In this document: positions 31,901-43,098 of the stretch, piece after piece
How the letters are laid out: the number at the start of each line of letters is the position of its first letter
Numbering within the stretch: position 1 is the stretch's first letter
DNA from: Octopus vulgaris
Taxonomy: Eukaryota
DNA: 64,000 bases
NCBI GenBank assembly: GCA_951406725.2
Contig: OX597826.1
Location: forward strand, 59,210,001-59,274,000
Reading direction: 5' to 3'
Translations under genes and position numbers: made by a program
Notes under the pieces: generated by a model
What the model saw: the letters and a program-made list of their open reading frames with translations, nothing else
What the model was told of the DNA's origin: nothing
Database searches by the model: none

Positions 31901-32303
31901 TTTTACTCTTTTACTTGTTTCAGTCATTTTGACTGTGGCCATGCTGGAGCACCGCCTTTAGTCGAGCAAATCGACCCCAGGACTTATTCTTTGTAAGCCC
32001 AGTACTTATTCTATCGGTCTCTTTTGCCGAACCGCTAAGTGACGGGTACGTAAACACACCAGCATCGGTTGTCAAGCAATGCTAGGGGGACAAACACAGG
32101 CACACAAACACATACATACATATATATATATACATATATTCGACAGGCTTCATTCAGTTTCCGTCTACCAAATCCACTCACAAGGCATTGATCGGCCCGG
32201 GGCTATAGCAGAAGATACTTGCCCAAGATGCCACACAGTGGGACTGAACCCGGAACCATGTGGCTGGTTAGCAAGCTACTTACCACACAGCCACTCCTGC
32301 GCC
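31901..32303 (-). mobile_element. SINE family A, full length
   Basis: Reverse complement of 4574-5008 throughout. Confidence 0.93.
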
Positions 32304-32371
32304 ACAGATGCGAAATAAATATTCAACACGAAATTATTGTTCCGTCTCATTTAATAAATCATTAATTGAGT

Positions 32372-32585
32372 GTGTCGTGCTGGCTGAACTATTACCGCAC
32401 CGGCAAAAACTGCTTCGCAGCATTTCTTTCGACTTTATGTTCTGAGTTCAAATGCCGCCAGGGTCAACTCTGCTTTTCATCGTTCTGGGGTTGATAAAAT
32501 AAGTACTGGTTGAATACTGGGATAATTGTAATCGACTTACACCTTCCCCTCACAATTGCTCGCGTTGTGCCAAAATTTGAAGCCA
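32372..32585 (+). mobile_element. SINE family B (alternative tail)
   Basis: ttctgagttcaaatgccgcc..gttgataaaataagtac..gtgccaaaatttgaa. Confidence 0.8.
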
Positions 32586-32654
32586 ATGCGTCTCAAAGTT
32601 ATTCTTCCATCTGCCACAGTAAAAGTGTCGCAATAAAACTGTTGTATTTATCGC

Positions 32655-33335
32655 ATTTAATGCGCTACAAAACGACACTTTTCCTTTATTTAGTATGTTA
32701 CAAAATGACTGCTACGCTGCATATATTTAATGTGTTACGAAATGAATCTTCCGGCTTATTTATTACGTTATTAAAACTACACTTCCGCCACATTTAATGT
32801 GTTACAAAACAAAATGACGCTTCCGGTATATTTATTTCGCAGCAAAACAACACTACACCGCGTTTGATGTGTTACAAAACAACATTTCAGCTTTATTTAG
32901 TGATTTTTGCAAAACTAACCATCTGCTTCGCTAAACGAGTTACAAAGTGACGCTGCCGCCTAACTTAATGTGTTACAAAATGACAATTCTGCTATAGTTG
33001 ATTTATTTCAAAATAACTCTTTCGCTTCATTGAATGTATTACAAAATATGACTTCCACCATATTTGTAGCGTTAATAAACGACACATCAACGTCATTTAA
33101 TGTTTGAGAAAATAACACATCTGCTTCGTTTAATGTGTTACAAAAGTGACACTTATGCCTTATTCAATATATAATAAAATGACTACGCCACCACATTCGA
33201 TTGATGTATTACAAAACGACGATTCGGTCTCAATCATTGTGTTACAAATTGGCTGGTTCCCATCATTCATTTAGTATGTCTCAAAATGACGCTTCCTTGG
33301 TATTTATTGAGTTACTAAACGTCACTTCGGCCTCG
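32655..33335. repeat. Diverged minisatellite, ~20 units of ~33 bp
   Basis: By-eye consensus ATTTAATGTGTTACAAAATGACACTTCCGCC(TC); units 32-38 bp. Confidence 0.9.
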
Positions 33336-33394
33336 GTTAATAAAACACTGTAATAGGAAAAAAATCCAGTAATGTTCTTGCATCACAAACACGC

Positions 33395-33466
33395 CTGCTG
33401 CCTCTGCCGCTGTTGCTGCTGCTGCTGATACCACCACCACCATAACCACCACCACCACCACTACTG

Positions 33467-33527
<61 letters not shown>

Positions 33528-33622
33528 CCGGATTAGTATAATTGAGATCGAAATAAATACTTTACGATTTGCATGTCAATAATAATAATAATAATAATAA
33601 CAACAACAACAATAATAACAAT

Positions 33623-33655
<33 letters not shown>

Positions 33656-33694
33656 AACAACAACAACAACAACAACAACAATAATAATAATAAT
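33395..33694. repeat. (GCT)n/(CCA)n/(CTA)n and (AAT)n/(AAC)n microsatellites
   Basis: Read directly. Confidence 0.95.
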
Positions 33695-35494
33695 ATCTGC
33701 TCTCAGGAGGTCAAGCAAATAGAAGTCTCCAGGAAAGGACAGAATTCCTAAGTTCTTGTTAAATACCTTCCAGAGAGTCATAAACTGCTAACAAAACTTT
33801 ACAACAATATTTTGCAACAACCTAGTATGATTTCCCCTTGGTTAGTTAACGGTGCAACATTCCTACTTCCAAAAAATGAAGAAACAAATGAACAAAAAAC
33901 TTATAGACGTATATATCCTGCTTAACAACAATGTATAAAACGTTAACATCTGTCTTGACTGAATATAATTAAAGCTTTTTTAATATAAAGTGTCATATTG
34001 CCTAATGAGCAAAGATGATGTAAATGTGGGTCCTATGCTTGTAAAAATAAGCTATTCATCAATAAGATCGTATTAGAAAATTATCTCAAACGGCACAAAA
34101 CCTTGTTGATTGCCTGGATAGACACTAAAAAAAATTTAGATAGTCTACCACATAGCTGGATTAAGAAATGTCTGGAAATGTATAAAATAGCACCTACTCA
34201 GCGAAACTTCGTGTCTGTAAGTATGAGATCATGGGGGCCACACTGACGTTCAACAGTGACAATAAATTTCTGAATGCTGAAGATGTAAGATTGGTATTTT
34301 CCAGGGTGACTCCCTATCGTCACTCCTCTTTTGCCTTACCTTAATACCTCTCTTGAAATTGCTCGATGATATACAGTACAGCCATAAAATGTTTGATGAA
34401 AATATAAATCATATCATTTACAAGGGTGATTTAAAGCTCTTTGCAAAAAATGACCAACACCTTCAAGGTTTACTAGCAATTGTAAACAATTCAGTGATGA
34501 TGACATCAGGATGCAATTTGGCATCGATAAATGTGCAAAATCTACCTTTATCAAAGGAAAATTGACAGAAACATCAAATGTTAACCTTGACCTGCAGAAT
34601 GTCATAAAGGAGTTAGAGCCAGCAGAGAGCTACAAATACATGTATTTGAAGGGAAAAGACCAGAAAAGAATGTTATCGTAGGTTAAGGGCAATACTCAAC
34701 ACAGAGCTGAATGCAAGAAACAGGATCGAAGCGATCAATACTTTAGCCATACCAATCGTGACTTACAGTTTCAATGTTATTAACTGAAATATGTAGTCTT
34801 GATAAAAAAAAAACGAAAATTGTTGACAACGCATTGAATGCATCACCTTAAGGCAGATATAGAACGAATTTACCTGCGAAGAAAAGAGGGTGGCCGTGGA
34901 CATTTACAACTGGAATTAACAATGGAGATCGTGACAATAGGCCGAGACACTTACCTGAAAAACTCTCACTGGATGTTAAAACTTGTCTCAAAGCATGAAA
35001 ACAAGAAAACATCATACTCAGTGGCAAAGCAGGCAAATGAATGTCTAAGTGAATTCCAAATACTACAAATTCCAGAATTAGACGTTCGAGAAACAAACAC
35101 CGAAAAAGCTAAGTGTATGAAAACCCGTGCTAAAACTGCTGCCTTAGATATTCTTATTCATAAATGGCAAGGAAAACTTCTCAATGGTAAATACCCAAAG
35201 ATAGACCGATATTGACGAAGCCCTTATCTATCAATGGTTAATATCTTCTAGCTTAAAATAAGGAACAGAAGGGTTTATCATAGCAGTCCAAGATCAATTC
35301 CTACCTACAAAATACTACCAGGCCAACATATAAAAGAATGGCAGTAGCCCAACATGTCATGTATGTCAACAACAAAATGAAACCATTGATCATGTTGTCT
35401 CCTTGCGCAGTTTTCTTGGGCCTATAGAGTATCTCAACAGGCATGATTGAGCAGCACAATATATTGACTGGGTAATTTGCAAAAACCTAGACCT
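33695..35494 (+). mobile_element. R4/Dong-type non-LTR retrotransposon, decayed RT to zinc-knuckle
   Basis: Frameshifted motifs KSPGKDRIP, GATFLLPK, CLTTMYK, IAWID..DSLPHSW, FQGDSLSSLLFCL, HIIYKGDLKLFA, MQFGIDKC, ERIYLRRKEGGRG, TEGFIIAVQDQ, CHVC..ETIDHV; starts directly after an (AAT)n tract. Confidence 0.92.
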
Positions 35495-35495
35495 T

Positions 35496-36223
35496 TGTCG
35501 CACTTGTCTTTACCTCTCCAACATTATCCTCCTCACCGGCAAACGGGACGCGGCTTGGCTGACCGATTCGAAGGAACACCTCCGAGACATCCGACTCAGC
35601 AATAATACCGAGGTCTCGCGCCATTTCCGCTCTACCGGTCACTCTTTGCAACACCTGTCTGTGTTCGGATTGTCCTTGCACAGGGGCCATCCAGACTCCC
35701 GTTTCCGCCGGAACAGTGATTAATCTTCTCTCTTCGTTCCTTTGGGCCACATGGGCTCAACTCTCCTCCCCCTCTTCATTTAAACTCCTCTCTTCTCTCC
35801 CTCTTACACATACCTCCACCCACCCACCTTTCCTCTCTTGCTCCGACTCCTACTTCGTCTCTTCAGTCCTACTTTCCTTCTCTCTTCTCTTCACTTCTAC
35901 CCACCTTCTTCCTTCACTCTCCCTTCATCGTCACCCCTCCCTCGTAACCCCACTTCTCACGCAATCCAACCCCACCTTCCCTATACATCCATGCCACCCC
36001 ACCCCATCCCTTTATTATCTCCCCTCCTTCCTAGATCTCCTGAGTGACCCCTCTGTCCGGCATTCGCCATGATAGATCGCTAGCGACTACACATCCTTTA
36101 TTTTCTCTTATGTTTCTTTCTGTGTTCCTTTCTGTTTAACACTTCCCGAGTGTTAAACTAATACATCTGTTTGTTGTCTAAACCACCTGTCTTCGTCTTT
36201 TGTTTTTTTTGTGAATTCTCCCT
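35496..36223 (+). mobile_element. Penelope-like element, 3' fragment (GIY-YIG endonuclease remnant plus 3' module)
   Basis: Hand translation across frameshifts: TGRGLADRF/KEHLRDIRLSNNTEVSRHFRSTGHSLQHLSVFGL..RFRR/EQ*LIFSLRSFGPHGLN, typical of the PLE GIY-YIG C-terminus; tail matches 682-923. Confidence 0.88.
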
Positions 36224-36699
36224 ACATATATATTTATACAGAGAGAGAGAAGGGGTGAGAGACAGAAAGAGAGAGAGTGCTTAAAGTTTATAGGGATCAC
36301 CGTGCAATGACTAATGAAACTATTATAATAATGGGGTATATAAGCCCTCGATGGAAAATAGGTTTACCGTACGCGAGGGAATTCGAACCTACTTCTACCA
36401 AGTGTGATACCGATTGCATTATCGAACTTACCTGCTTTTTTCTGTCAGATTTCATAACTATAATTAGTTCGTAGTTGTTTTTGTAAACAAACTTAAATGT
36501 GCTTTTTACAGCGAATGGTTTTCTAAGCAGTGTCGATTTTTATAATTCTGTAATTAGTGATAATATTATTTTATAAGTTTAAAGCTTATAAAGATCCCCA
36601 CCTAATGAACTAACGAAAATGATAATGGAGAATATAAGACATCGGCAAGGAAAGGTTCGCTTTGCGTATGCGTGGGACAAAGAGGTGTGGGTTCCAGTC

Positions 36700-37086
36700 C
36701 GTTTGAGGTGAGAAGCTTGCTTCCCACCACATGGACCCGGGTTCAGTCCCACTGCGTGGCATCTTAAGCAGCTGTCTTCTAATATAACATCTGCCCGACC
36801 AAAGCTTGTGAGAGAATTTGGTAGACGGAAACTGAGGAGAAGCCCTTCGGATATATACATATATTTATGTGTGTGTGATTATGTCTGTGTTTCTGTCCCA
36901 CCATAGCTTGACAACCGATGTTGGTGCGTTTACGGCCCCGTAACCTAGCGGTTCGGCAGAAGAGACCGATTGAATAACGACCAGGCGTACAAAGAATAAA
37001 ACCATGGGTTGATTTCTTCGACTAAAAGGTGGTGCTCCAGCATGACCTCAATCAAATGACTAAAACAAGTAAAACAATAAAAGAGT
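36700..37086 (+). mobile_element. SINE family A, diverged
   Basis: ccacatggacccgggttcagtcccactgcgtggca..tggtagacggaaactga..ttgacaaccgatgttggtg..ggtgctccagcatg. Confidence 0.88.
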
Positions 37087-37109
37087 TGCAGAGTATTTGT
37101 CTATATGTC

Positions 37110-37161
<52 letters not shown>

Positions 37162-37273
37162 TATACATATACATATATATATATATACATATACATATAT
37201 TATATATATATATATATACATATATGTATATATATACATATATACATATATGTATATATATAATATATATACA

Positions 37274-37315
<42 letters not shown>

Positions 37316-37879
37316 TATATACATATATATATATACATATATATATACATATATATATATACATATACACACACACACATATATATATGTGTGTGTAGAG
37401 AGAGAGAGAGAGAAAGAGAGAAAGATAGATAAACACGTTCGCAGACACGCATACATATATATGTATATACGTTCCAGTTTCTGTGTGTGTGTGTGTGTGT
37501 ATGCATGCAGATACACATTTGATTAACGGTTATGATTTGTACCATATCTACTCTAAGTCATTGTAAATTCTCGTAGGAAGTTGAACTCAGAGTAATAACT
37601 TCATGAATCCTCAAGTTTACACAAATATTTATGCTCTAGAACGTGTACTGAGTGCATATCCTCCTGATTTTCACTTCGCAACATATGCGAAATGCATATA
37701 CAGGCAACATAGGTGCATACATACATACACACAAACACATATATACTTCTACATGCACATATATATATATATACACACACATATATATACACACACAGTG
37801 ACACACATACACACACACACATACAAATATGCTTATAGAAAACAAAAGATTGCAATAGAAACAAATAATATAAAAATAT

Positions 37880-37915
<36 letters not shown>

Positions 37916-38417
37916 ACAAAAAAACGTACAAATGCATTATCACTTACCCCTGTGCGGACATATGTATGTGTATGCATAATACACGCATTCGCACAACAGG
38001 CACACATACACAAAAATTCACTTCCTCCCACGTACAGAAAGAAATATATTCATTTGTACACTAAACGATGCATCTAACATTATCACGCATGCAGCTGATG
38101 TTACATAAACATACGCATGCACACACCACATGCAGATAGATGCACACACCACATGCAGATAGATGCACACGAAGACGTGCAGTGAAGCGTTTTTGAAAAA
38201 CAGGATATTATTGGTGAGTGTGTCGTTGTCAGATGATTTCGATGCAATTGATTTGACATTAGATAGAGAAGGTTAGAGGGTAGGCGGGTAGATGGGTGGA
38301 TCTGTTGGGGGGTGGGTATGCATCTGAAGAATCTGATTTCCATATAGATGGACTCCTTTTTACCATTGTCTTGTAATGTATGACTAAATAATTCACTGAC
38401 AGCATCTCTCGCTTTTT

Positions 38418-38455
<38 letters not shown>

Positions 38456-38492
38456 ACACACACACATACACACACACACACACGCACGCGAA

Positions 38493-38780
38493 CACACATA
38501 TATATGAGTGTGTGTGTGTATCTGTATCTCTATATATATCGTATATATGTATGTGTGTGTGTATATATATATATTTATATATTCATGTATGTGTATATAT
38601 ATACAAATATATGCATGCACACACACACACACATATATATGAGTGTGTGTGTGTGTGTATGTGTATCTCTATATATATCGTATATATGTGTGTGTGTGTG
38701 TTTATATATATATATTTATATATTCATGTATGTGCACATATATACAAATATATGCATGCACACACACACACACACACACG
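38493..38780. repeat. ~140-bp tandem duplication of a compound TA/TG/CA microsatellite
   Basis: atatgagtgtgtg..gtatctctatatatatcgtatatatg..atattcatgtatgtg..caaatatatgcatgcacac occurs twice. Confidence 0.9.
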
Positions 38781-38970
38781 CATATGTATACACATATACA
38801 GACAGAGAAAGGGAGAGGGCGTGGGAAGAAGACAAAGAAAAAATATAAATAAATATGACAAAAGTGGGGGTCCTTCGCCGGAGTATAATATAACATATAC
38901 GATGAACCACTCCGAAAACCACCCCGAAACCTTCTGCTATTTAAAAAAAAAATTATTTTATTAAATTCAT

Positions 38971-38971
<1 letters not shown>

Positions 38972-39058
<87 letters not shown>

Positions 39059-39230
39059 GGTGGTGGTGGTGGTGGTGGTAGTGGTGGTGGTGGTGGTGGT
39101 GGTGGTGGTGGTAGTAGTAATAGCAGTAGTAGTAGCGGCAGCAGCGGTTGTGGCAGTGTTGGTATAGGCAGTGTTAATGTTGGTGTTGGTAATGGTAATT
39201 CTGGTGGTGGTGGTGGTGGTGGTGGTAGTT
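38972..39230. repeat. (GTA)n/(GTG)n microsatellite
   Basis: Read directly. Confidence 0.95.
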
Positions 39231-39412
39231 ATACTGGTAGTAACTGTTGTAGTAGCATATATATGGGGGTGGGGATAGTGATGGATAGACTATACTTCCA
39301 CATCAGTTAGTAGATCTTATGACCCAGAGCTGTTTTGAAAACTGTTTAATTAGGCTCTTTCGTAATTATACTAAACTAATTAGTAGTAGCAATTTGCAGC
39401 AACAGCGGCGGC

Positions 39413-39452
<40 letters not shown>

Positions 39453-39589
39453 ATTTTAAATGATTATGACGGTTTTATTTCAGCCATTTAGTCACGGGTG
39501 GATTTCCTATTAACATCTCTTGATAGATTGCAATGCTTAGGCGTTTTCAGTATTTGTATTTGTTAAAACTTCGGCATCTCTTACATTTC

Positions 39590-39737
39590 TATATTTAAGG
39601 GATGAGGAATTCTGTACATCATTTACATCATTTACATTATTTACATTCGACGGATACTTATCCTTATCTTTTTTGTTGTTAACACAACTTTTCGGCTGAT
39701 ATACCCTCCAGCCTTCTTCAGGTGTCTCGGGGAAATT
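39590..39737 (-). mobile_element. Penelope-like 3' module with hammerhead motif
   Basis: Minus strand: gacac-CTGAAGA-A-GGCTG..CAGCC-GAAA(a)-GTT-gtgtt (39681-39726). Confidence 0.75.
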
Positions 39738-39770
39738 TGCAGCAGCAGCGGCGGCAGCAGAATTAGTAGC

Positions 39771-39823
<53 letters not shown>

Positions 39824-40004
39824 CAGCAGTAGTAATAGTAGTAGTTATAGCAGCAGCTGCAGTAGTAGTAGTAGAAGTTATAGTAGTAGCAGCAGCAGCA
39901 GCAGTAGTAGTAGTAGTTTTTAAAAATGATTATAACAGTTATATTTCAGCCATGACCATGACGAAGTGAGGTTTAGTCACGGGTTTAGAAACTGTGAACC
40001 CATT

Positions 40005-40115
40005 CTCGAAATTTACCCACGACACCTGAAGAAGGGTATGTAGGGTATGTAAGCCGAAACGTTGTGTTAACAATAAACAAGATTAAGACAAATATCCGTC
40101 GAATGTAAATAATAT
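40005..40115 (+). mobile_element. Penelope-like 3' module with hammerhead motif
   Basis: gacac-CTGAAGA-A-GG..CC-GAAAC-GTT-gtgtt (40021-40068); helix II is disturbed by a 10-nt duplication. Confidence 0.75.
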
Positions 40116-40684
40116 TGTTCAAGTTCAATAAAATGTTATATGTGCTCAATGCATGAAGTGTCATTGTTGCGCCCAATGCCTAAGGAAGAGCCCTCCACAA
40201 GAACTAGTATATATTATATATTATACATACATATTAGCACTTTACAGTATACTTACATATATACATAAATCTATACATCGATCTAAAACAACAGGAATAC
40301 AAAAGGGAGGCCGGAATTTAAGAGAAGAGAAAACCAAAAGGTCTCATGGTTTTCATTTAAAAATGCCTGAGCAGAATTTCTTATTATTTCTGCCTTTTAA
40401 ACTATTTTGAAAGGTGAATTTTTTATCTTTGGCTTGTGTTAGATAAGGATAAACTATTTATTACTGTTACTAAATTTTCTACAGCCACCTTCACATTCCA
40501 TGACTACCATTGGGATCCATCAGGTACCGGATAAGTATTCTGGGTTATTTTTCCGTTATTTATTTAAAAAAAAATTTTTGGGAGTGATCAGGTTTATTTT
40601 TTGTATTCTTGTTTGTGAGAACAGTCGAATTTATTTCAGACATTCTCATTTTAAAAATCACCTCTGGCTAATCGTTGAAAGGAC

Positions 40685-41158
40685 TTTGGTGTTGCCTTCG
40701 TGGCAGAATTAATAGTCAAGTCTAAGCATTTTATCTGAACAACTTCATCCTATGGTTGCGGAACTGTTTCTGGAGGGAAACGCAATCTTTCAGGATGATA
40801 ATGCACCAATTCACACTGCTAAAGTTATTACTGAATGGCACGAGGAACATTCTAGTGAAGTTGAAAATCCTATCTGGCCACCACAGTCCCCAGATCTCAA
40901 TATTATTAAACATTTATGGTGCATTTTAGAAAAAAACAAGTAAGGTGGTCAATATCCTCCACTATCATCATTACAAGAACTGTCGACTGTTTTAGCTGAA
41001 CAATGGACAAAAAATTCCTTTGGCAACAAATCAAACTTTGTACGAGTCTATAGCTCGTAGAATTCAAGCTATAATTACTGCCAAAGGGGTTTCTACCCCA
41101 CATTAAAATAAATTTGTTTCAAATTTTAAGGTGTTTCCATTATTTTGTCCAAACCCTG
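40685..41158 (+). mobile_element. Tc1-like transposon 3' fragment, DD36E spacing (final E mutated to K)
   Basis: ORF 40752-40943 FQDDNAPIH..WPPQSPDLNIIKHLW; right end ..tccattattttgtccaaaccctg|(TA)n. Confidence 0.88.
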
Positions 41159-41184
41159 TATATATATATATATATATATATATA

Positions 41185-41470
41185 TCAATATTAATAAAGG
41201 GTGAAATTAATTAATTAGTAATTAATAGTTTTACCAAGCAGTGTTCAGTATGTTAAAAAACCCATTTACGGTAAACTTAAACATTATTTTATATAATTAG
41301 GGTTCAACAAAAAAATTTGCTTTGCCACATACCGAACTTTTAGAAATAGTAGCCAAAAAATTTAGCTATTTCTTCTACTATAAGAAGAGTCTCCCAGACA
41401 ATGTATACTCAAAAACAATTCACGTAGGCATAGAGGGAAAAATAACGAAAGTTCATCCGGCATTTGATTA

Positions 41471-41475
<5 letters not shown>
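41185..41475 (-). mobile_element. (TA)n-embedded element, homolog of 42316-42657
   Basis: taattagggttca..aaaaatttgctt..ccacataccg..ttagaaatag..agctatttc is shared with 42340-42420. Confidence 0.75.
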
Positions 41476-41541
<66 letters not shown>

Positions 41542-41780
41542 AATGAAGGATAACATTTCTTTTTTTTTCCCAAAAAAATATTCTTTTTCAAAAAAAAATG
41601 TTATCAATGGCCAGCATATCAAAATATACCTTTAAAGGTTAAATCTATAAACAATTCATAATTAAGGACAAACGAAAAAATTTCTAATGCCAGATATGCC
41701 GAAAAATTGGACATTTGCCCTCAATTATGAATTATATATATATATATATATATCAGTTCATTTGATTGCTTGTGAACGCG

Positions 41781-41841
<61 letters not shown>

Positions 41842-42280
41842 TATATCAGTACACAAGTATAATTAGGGAGACAACTTGTACTACACAACATCCTCGTAGT
41901 ATGTAATTCTTTATTCTTTACGTGTATTTCAAATTTTAACTTCAGCCTCAAACGACAGAAAGAATGACGAGAATTTTATCGATAATCATATTAAGTGAGA
42001 AAACTGTCATATAGCTATTTAATAATTAACAATTATACTTGAACTCTGTGAAATATCTGGATTCACAGAGTTAATTATTAAAGTCAGTCTAAAACTCTTT
42101 CTTCAAACAGAAAAAGAATAGAAGTGAAGCAAGATTTAAAGATTTTCTATGAACAGTGATGTCTGTGTTGATATTCATCTCATTTCGTCTCATACTGTCA
42201 TACAGTTTTCCTCTCCATTCCCTCCCTCCATTTCTCTCTCCATCTTTATATTCATATAGGTTCATATACATATACACATA

Positions 42281-42315
<35 letters not shown>

Positions 42316-42317
<2 letters not shown>

Positions 42318-42653
42318 GTTTTATAATTATGAGTATAATCATAATTAGGGTTCAGGAAAAAATTTGCTTCACCACATACCGGAATTTAGAAATAGCAGTT
42401 AAAACTAGCTATTTCTCTACCATAAGATAATCACCCTGTTGTCAGGGAGATTTTTTTATGATAGAGAAATAGCTAGTTTTAACTGGTATTTCTAAATTTT
42501 GGTATGCGGCGAAGCAATTTTTTTGCTGAACCCTAATTATAATTATACTCATAATTATAAAAAGTTGTGTTTAAGTCTTTTAACATACCGAACTACTTGG
42601 TAAAATTATTAATTATTAATTAGTTAATTAATTTTACCCTCTATTATTATTGA

Positions 42654-42657
<4 letters not shown>
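42316..42657 (+). mobile_element. (TA)n-embedded element with ~120-bp-arm imperfect palindrome
   Basis: 42319-42439 is inverted at 42444-42562, centre ccctg-ttgt-caggg; (TA)n on both sides. Confidence 0.8.
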
Positions 42658-42726
<69 letters not shown>

Positions 42727-43098
42727 AACGAGGGAGTGATGAATAAAATATGCTCTTGCAGTCATCAATGAAGAGAACTTTAATTCTTGGACCACTTCCG
42801 CATGGTTAAGGTCTTCTCGCGTCCGAATGTAATTGGGCATGTCAAATATGGCTTTACACGAATATATGCATACATACGTGTACCAACACAATTATCTCAG
42901 TGTTAACACATGAATAGACATCACTCCCCTTTTACATTCCACCAACACGTGTAATATTGATTTTTAATGGAAAAAAATATTCGTTCTTTATTTCTTGTGT
43001 TGTTTCGTTCCTACTTTATTTCTTTGTTTCTCTTTATTCCATTTTTCATCCATTCAATCATTTTCCGTTCATTCTTCTCACATCGTATATGTGTTAAT

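Noticed and set aside
32655-33335. CRISPR array
   Set aside because: Units are contiguous and mutually homologous, with no identical repeats separated by unique spacers; eukaryotic context and no cas genes
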